This document shows, in pieces, positions 60,691 through 64,000 of a stretch of DNA of 64,000 nt (its first letter is position 1; each line of letters begins with the position of its first letter). A program made the translations under genes and the position numbers. Source of the stretch: Schmidtea nova (taxonomy: Eukaryota). The stretch covers positions 247,752,001 to 247,816,000 of the forward strand of contig CM097882.1 in assembly GCA_044892505.1 (NCBI GenBank). The letters are read 5' to 3'. The notes below the pieces were generated by a model, which was not told where the DNA came from, did no database searches, and worked only from the letters and a program-made list of their open reading frames with translations.

Positions 60691-61388
60691 AACGAAAACT
60701 CGAAATATCATCTCTCAGTGGTTGCATGTGTTGCTTCGGGATGTTCCTCCCAGTGGTCACTTATGCTTCTTCGGAGAATCTATTGTCGCGTTTCGTTAAG
60801 TTCTGTCTTTCAAGAACTATGGGCAAATCCTTTCTCTCTAGGACCCCTTTTATTATTTCCTTTCTTTCAAGGATTTCCTTTAACCTCGAGTTTTCCATTG
60901 ACTCGGTTCATCTGTTATACCCCCTTATTCTATTATCGATTCGTCAACCTTTCTACTTGATTTTACCTTATGCGAGCTGATTACGTGCCTTTCATCATAT
61001 ACCACATTTTCTCTATTCATCTTACTCATTTCATTGCTTTATCTCTCTCTTTACTGATCAGTTTATCATCCTATTTTTATAGTTTTTCTGCGCGCGCCTA
61101 CACCTCATTAAGTTGTTCCTACCTTTCACCCCAACCAAAATATATAAAAAGATCGCATTGGTCCACTGATGCACGATGTGGTGATCAGTCACATCACAAG
61201 AGCTTTCCAATATCCGCGATTGGCCCCTTTCTACACATCTCGGGTAAGTTGATCAGTTGGTTCCCCCCAATGGGTGCTTATCGGACTACTCGTGAGTAGC
61301 TCATAATTACTTAGGTCATTTTTACCAAATCATTTTTAAACCCTCATAATTTCAATAACAACTGCACTTGCTCAAAACTTTATTTCTA

Positions 61389-61847
61389 TTACAAGTACAC
61401 TGTTATTTTCTCGGATACGGGAAGGTTGCACATAGGACATCGTTCATTTATTTTACACTCATTACAGAATCGAAAATGCCCACACGGCAACAACATTATC
61501 TGTATTTTGTTTATTTCACAGATATAACACGTCAGATATTGTCTCGTATGTTCTGTTGTTATTCTTATCCACTCATCGTGTTTTGTTGTTAACTGTTGTT
61601 CTAGCCTGTGGCACTCGATATTCATTTCGGGGTTGTTTAATCTTTCTCTGTACCATTTATATCTCGTTGCTGTATCCACTGTGTTCCTATTCTCGCTTAT
61701 GCTCATTATCATTTCGGCTCTCTCTGTGTTGTTTGTCGGTTCGTGGTATCCTTCTACCTCGAGTCGTCTTAACTTCCTCATTATTGTCTCCACTGTTTCG
61801 TTGTTTGTTTCGAAAAACGTTTGCATTTCTTTTATTTTGTTCTCCAT
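61389..61847 (-). CDS. 152-aa protein with C-terminal IAP-type C3HC4 RING finger (putative E3 ligase), upstream of gag
   Basis: CYICEINKIQIMLLPCGHFRFCNECKINERCPMCNLPVSEKITVYL matches the XIAP/cIAP-type RING spacing and terminal hydrophobic tail. Confidence 0.85.
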   Translation of the reverse strand: MENKIKEMQTFFETNNETVETIMRKLRRLEVEGYHEPTNNTERAEMIMSISENRNTVDTATRYKWYRERLNNPEMNIECHRLEQQLTTKHDEWIRITTEHTRQYLTCYICEINKIQIMLLPCGHFRFCNECKINERCPMCNLPVSEKITVYL

Positions 61848-62377
61848 CCCCTGAATGAATTACCGTTAATTTCTGTCGATCTTTATTTATTATTTATTAT
61901 TTCTATTCTATGGTAGCCCTACTGTTCGGTTTTTGTTGTTCTATTTCGCGCCACTGCGTATCCCCCCGTGTTCTTGAATGTCGCCCCGACATGATCATTG
62001 TTAGTTACTCACACTCATACCATTTTCATGCACACTTTTCCGCATACTTTTACCTTACGTCATGCATACTTTTCATCACTTTTCATACTGTTATTCCACA
62101 TACTATTCATCATACTTCATTCGTTCTCATACTTCCATTCCATTATCCTTCATACTTTCATTCTCATGCATACTTTCATCACGTTCATCAATCTCATTAT
62201 TTTACACTCATACTTTTATTTATTATTTTTCAACCCGATTCATTCTTGCTTCAGGACCCTCAAACCCTCTGTCATTCTTTACTTTACTTTTCCTCGCTAA
62301 ATTCAATTCATCCCGGTTCAGGCGCTCTAAACTGTCCGCAGATATCGAATTCACTTTTTCCCACAAAGATCGATTTA

Positions 62378-62395
62378 ATCCCGGCTGAGCCCCCA
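62378..62395 (-). promoter_or_regulatory. Primer binding site, tRNA-Pro type
   Basis: Minus strand TGGGGGCTCAGCCGGGAT, 16/18 to the MuLV tRNA-Pro PBS TGGGGGCTCGTCCGGGAT, 6 nt from the LTR end. Confidence 0.85.
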
Positions 62396-62401
62396 AATTT
62401 A

Positions 62402-63804
62402 TGCTGGTGTGTTGGTTAGATTGACAACTGAGATCCTTATGATTTTATACGTTAGGGTGATCTCGCCAACATAAAAACATTCCCCCGCTGACACCCATGA
62501 TGTATCCCTAACTACTCATCATGTTGGTACTGTGTCAACGTTGTGAAATGACAAGGCAGGTGAGCAACCTTTCGGCTACTATTCCCTTGTTTATTCACGG
62601 GTCCACCACTACCGATAGAAGGTGTCTGTGGCTTTCTTTCGGTCCCACTTATGCTCTTTACTTTTCTCTAGGGTTGATTCAATGTTATTACATCTGCGGC
62701 TTTAAATGAATCCGAGTTTTAGTTATATTCCATTCTCAGTCATTCCACAAACAAACAAGACAAGTCAAATCATTCATTTTATACATTTATTTGTAGTTCA
62801 ACAATACAGAGGGTCGGATTACATTTAGTAGTTCTTGCTCGGATAGACCACGATGTTACGCTTTACCTATCTCGATTCTCATCGACTTTTGATGTACCAG
62901 CACTCCTTGAAGGTACACCCCCTCGTCAAGATACCTCATGTATATATCTTCCCTTGCGAAATGAGCTTCACCTTGATTTGATTTATGACCATTAACTGTC
63001 ACTCGATACCCTATCATCCTGATGTATAGCGTTTATACTAGACCGCCTCTACTTTGATTTAGTTCATGATCATTAGGTCTTACTCGATACCCTATGTGCA
63101 GTTAACTCCTTCCGCTTTCCAAATATTTAATACACTTATGGTCCCGCCGCATCAGCACCTCACAACCGAAAGATTGTGTTGCGCTGAGAGGCCCCAAGAA
63201 TCCGTCAGGCTGTTAGGCCTCCGGAAAACCTTATGGATTTTAATATGATTAACAATTATAATTATGAGGGTTTAAAAGACTAAAACAACATGAATTACCT
63301 TTTATTCCTTTTCCAAATTCGTTTCACAATGTTCTCGGTAGTCACAAACAGTTCACACTTGGTAAAGATAACATTGTCAAATACTGATTTGACTTCAGTA
63401 TTTATACTGAACCGGTGTTGTTGGTTAGCCAATCAGCATCGAGTATGTGTGTATGTCTGCTTCATTTTTTATGTTGTCGGCTTTTTGCTGCCTAACTTAA
63501 CTCGCCGATTTGTTTGGTTAATCATGCGGTAAGTTTTTCTTAGTCATCAATTTATTTTATTTTATTTTTGTTTTAGGTCTTTGGTGACATCCGCCCACGC
63601 GCTGTCATATTCCAATTTTTCTGCTTCGCATGAGTGAGTTTTGAAGATTTTTGTTGTTTGATTTATATTTTATTTCTTTTAGATGTTGCCGCCTATTTTG
63701 TTACGCTTTGGTGTTGGTAATTTATTTTGTTGTTATTCTGTATTTAATTTATTTTATTGATTGTATATTATTTTCAGATGCTGCTCGATTTGGCTGGCCC
63801 AACA
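62402..63804 (-). repeat. 5' LTR (1403 bp)
   Basis: Direct repeat of 38107-39509; TG...CA termini. Confidence 0.97.
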
Positions 63805-64000
63805 TCAATATCATATTTTTCCATGCATCGTCTATTCCCAAGTCTTCTCGATGTGCAACGCAGTGCTGCTCGGACAAATGAGGGACCTCGGCACGAAGCA
63901 AAGCAGCTACTCCATTTCGCTTGCCAAGCATCACTGACGCTCCATCCGAAGTGAACATGACCATCTTCTGCAAATCAAGATTGTTTTCAATGTAGAACTG
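63805..64000 (-). pseudogene. 5' continuation of the interrupted hAT transposase
   Basis: FTSDGASVMLG...QHCVAHREDLGIDDAWKNMIL joins MMDIELLLRT (~38100) once the LTR element and one TSD copy are removed. Confidence 0.85.

Larger units (their letters stand above)
38107..63804 (-). mobile_element. Giant (25,698 bp) intact Ty3/Gypsy-class LTR element carrying an envelope-like glycoprotein and accessory genes
   Basis: Two 1403-bp TG...CA LTRs, TSD TCAA (38103-38106 and 63805-63808), PBS, PR-RT-RH-IN order, 7 co-oriented ORFs. Confidence 0.97.

Noticed and set aside
61389-61847. Full IAP with a BIR domain
   Set aside because: No C-x2-C...H...C BIR pattern in the N-terminal part; only the RING is supported.
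40382-62419. Many + strand ORFs rich in F/S/L overlapping the element
   Set aside because: These are antisense shadows of the purine-rich coding strand, with no independent motifs.

Overview
AT-rich eukaryotic (probably invertebrate) genomic DNA with assembly gaps, dominated by transposable elements. The main feature is an apparently intact, recently inserted 25.7 kb Ty3/Gypsy-class LTR element on the minus strand (38107-63804). It has 1403-bp TG...CA LTRs, a 4-bp TSD and a tRNA-Pro PBS, and it sits inside a hAT transposase. It encodes one uninterrupted 4955-aa polyprotein. By motif reading the order is Gag (3 CCHC knuckles), two ubiquitin-like segments, a Bcl-2-like domain, an internal signal peptide and chuvirus-like class III fusion glycoprotein with TM, then protease, RT, RNase H, integrase, two ankyrin clusters, four FN3-like repeats and a TM. 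A separate IAP-type RING ORF lies upstream of gag. Downstream is a tight cassette of five ORFs, including a full-length TRAF, with spacers enriched in UGUANAUA motifs. Together this looks like an enveloped retrovirus-like element carrying apoptosis/immune-signalling modules. The rest of the window holds a decayed piggyBac, Penelope-like remnants, scattered Polinton relics, a 5-kb foldback element with Polinton-type ends, a small decayed Gypsy with unusual TA...TA LTRs, non-autonomous hAT, Merlin and Tc1-like elements, a nuclear-receptor zinc-finger fragment, and a few host genes (an eIF2B beta-like gene, an orphan 644-aa ORF, a small TM protein). All domain calls come from reading motifs by eye; no searches were run.
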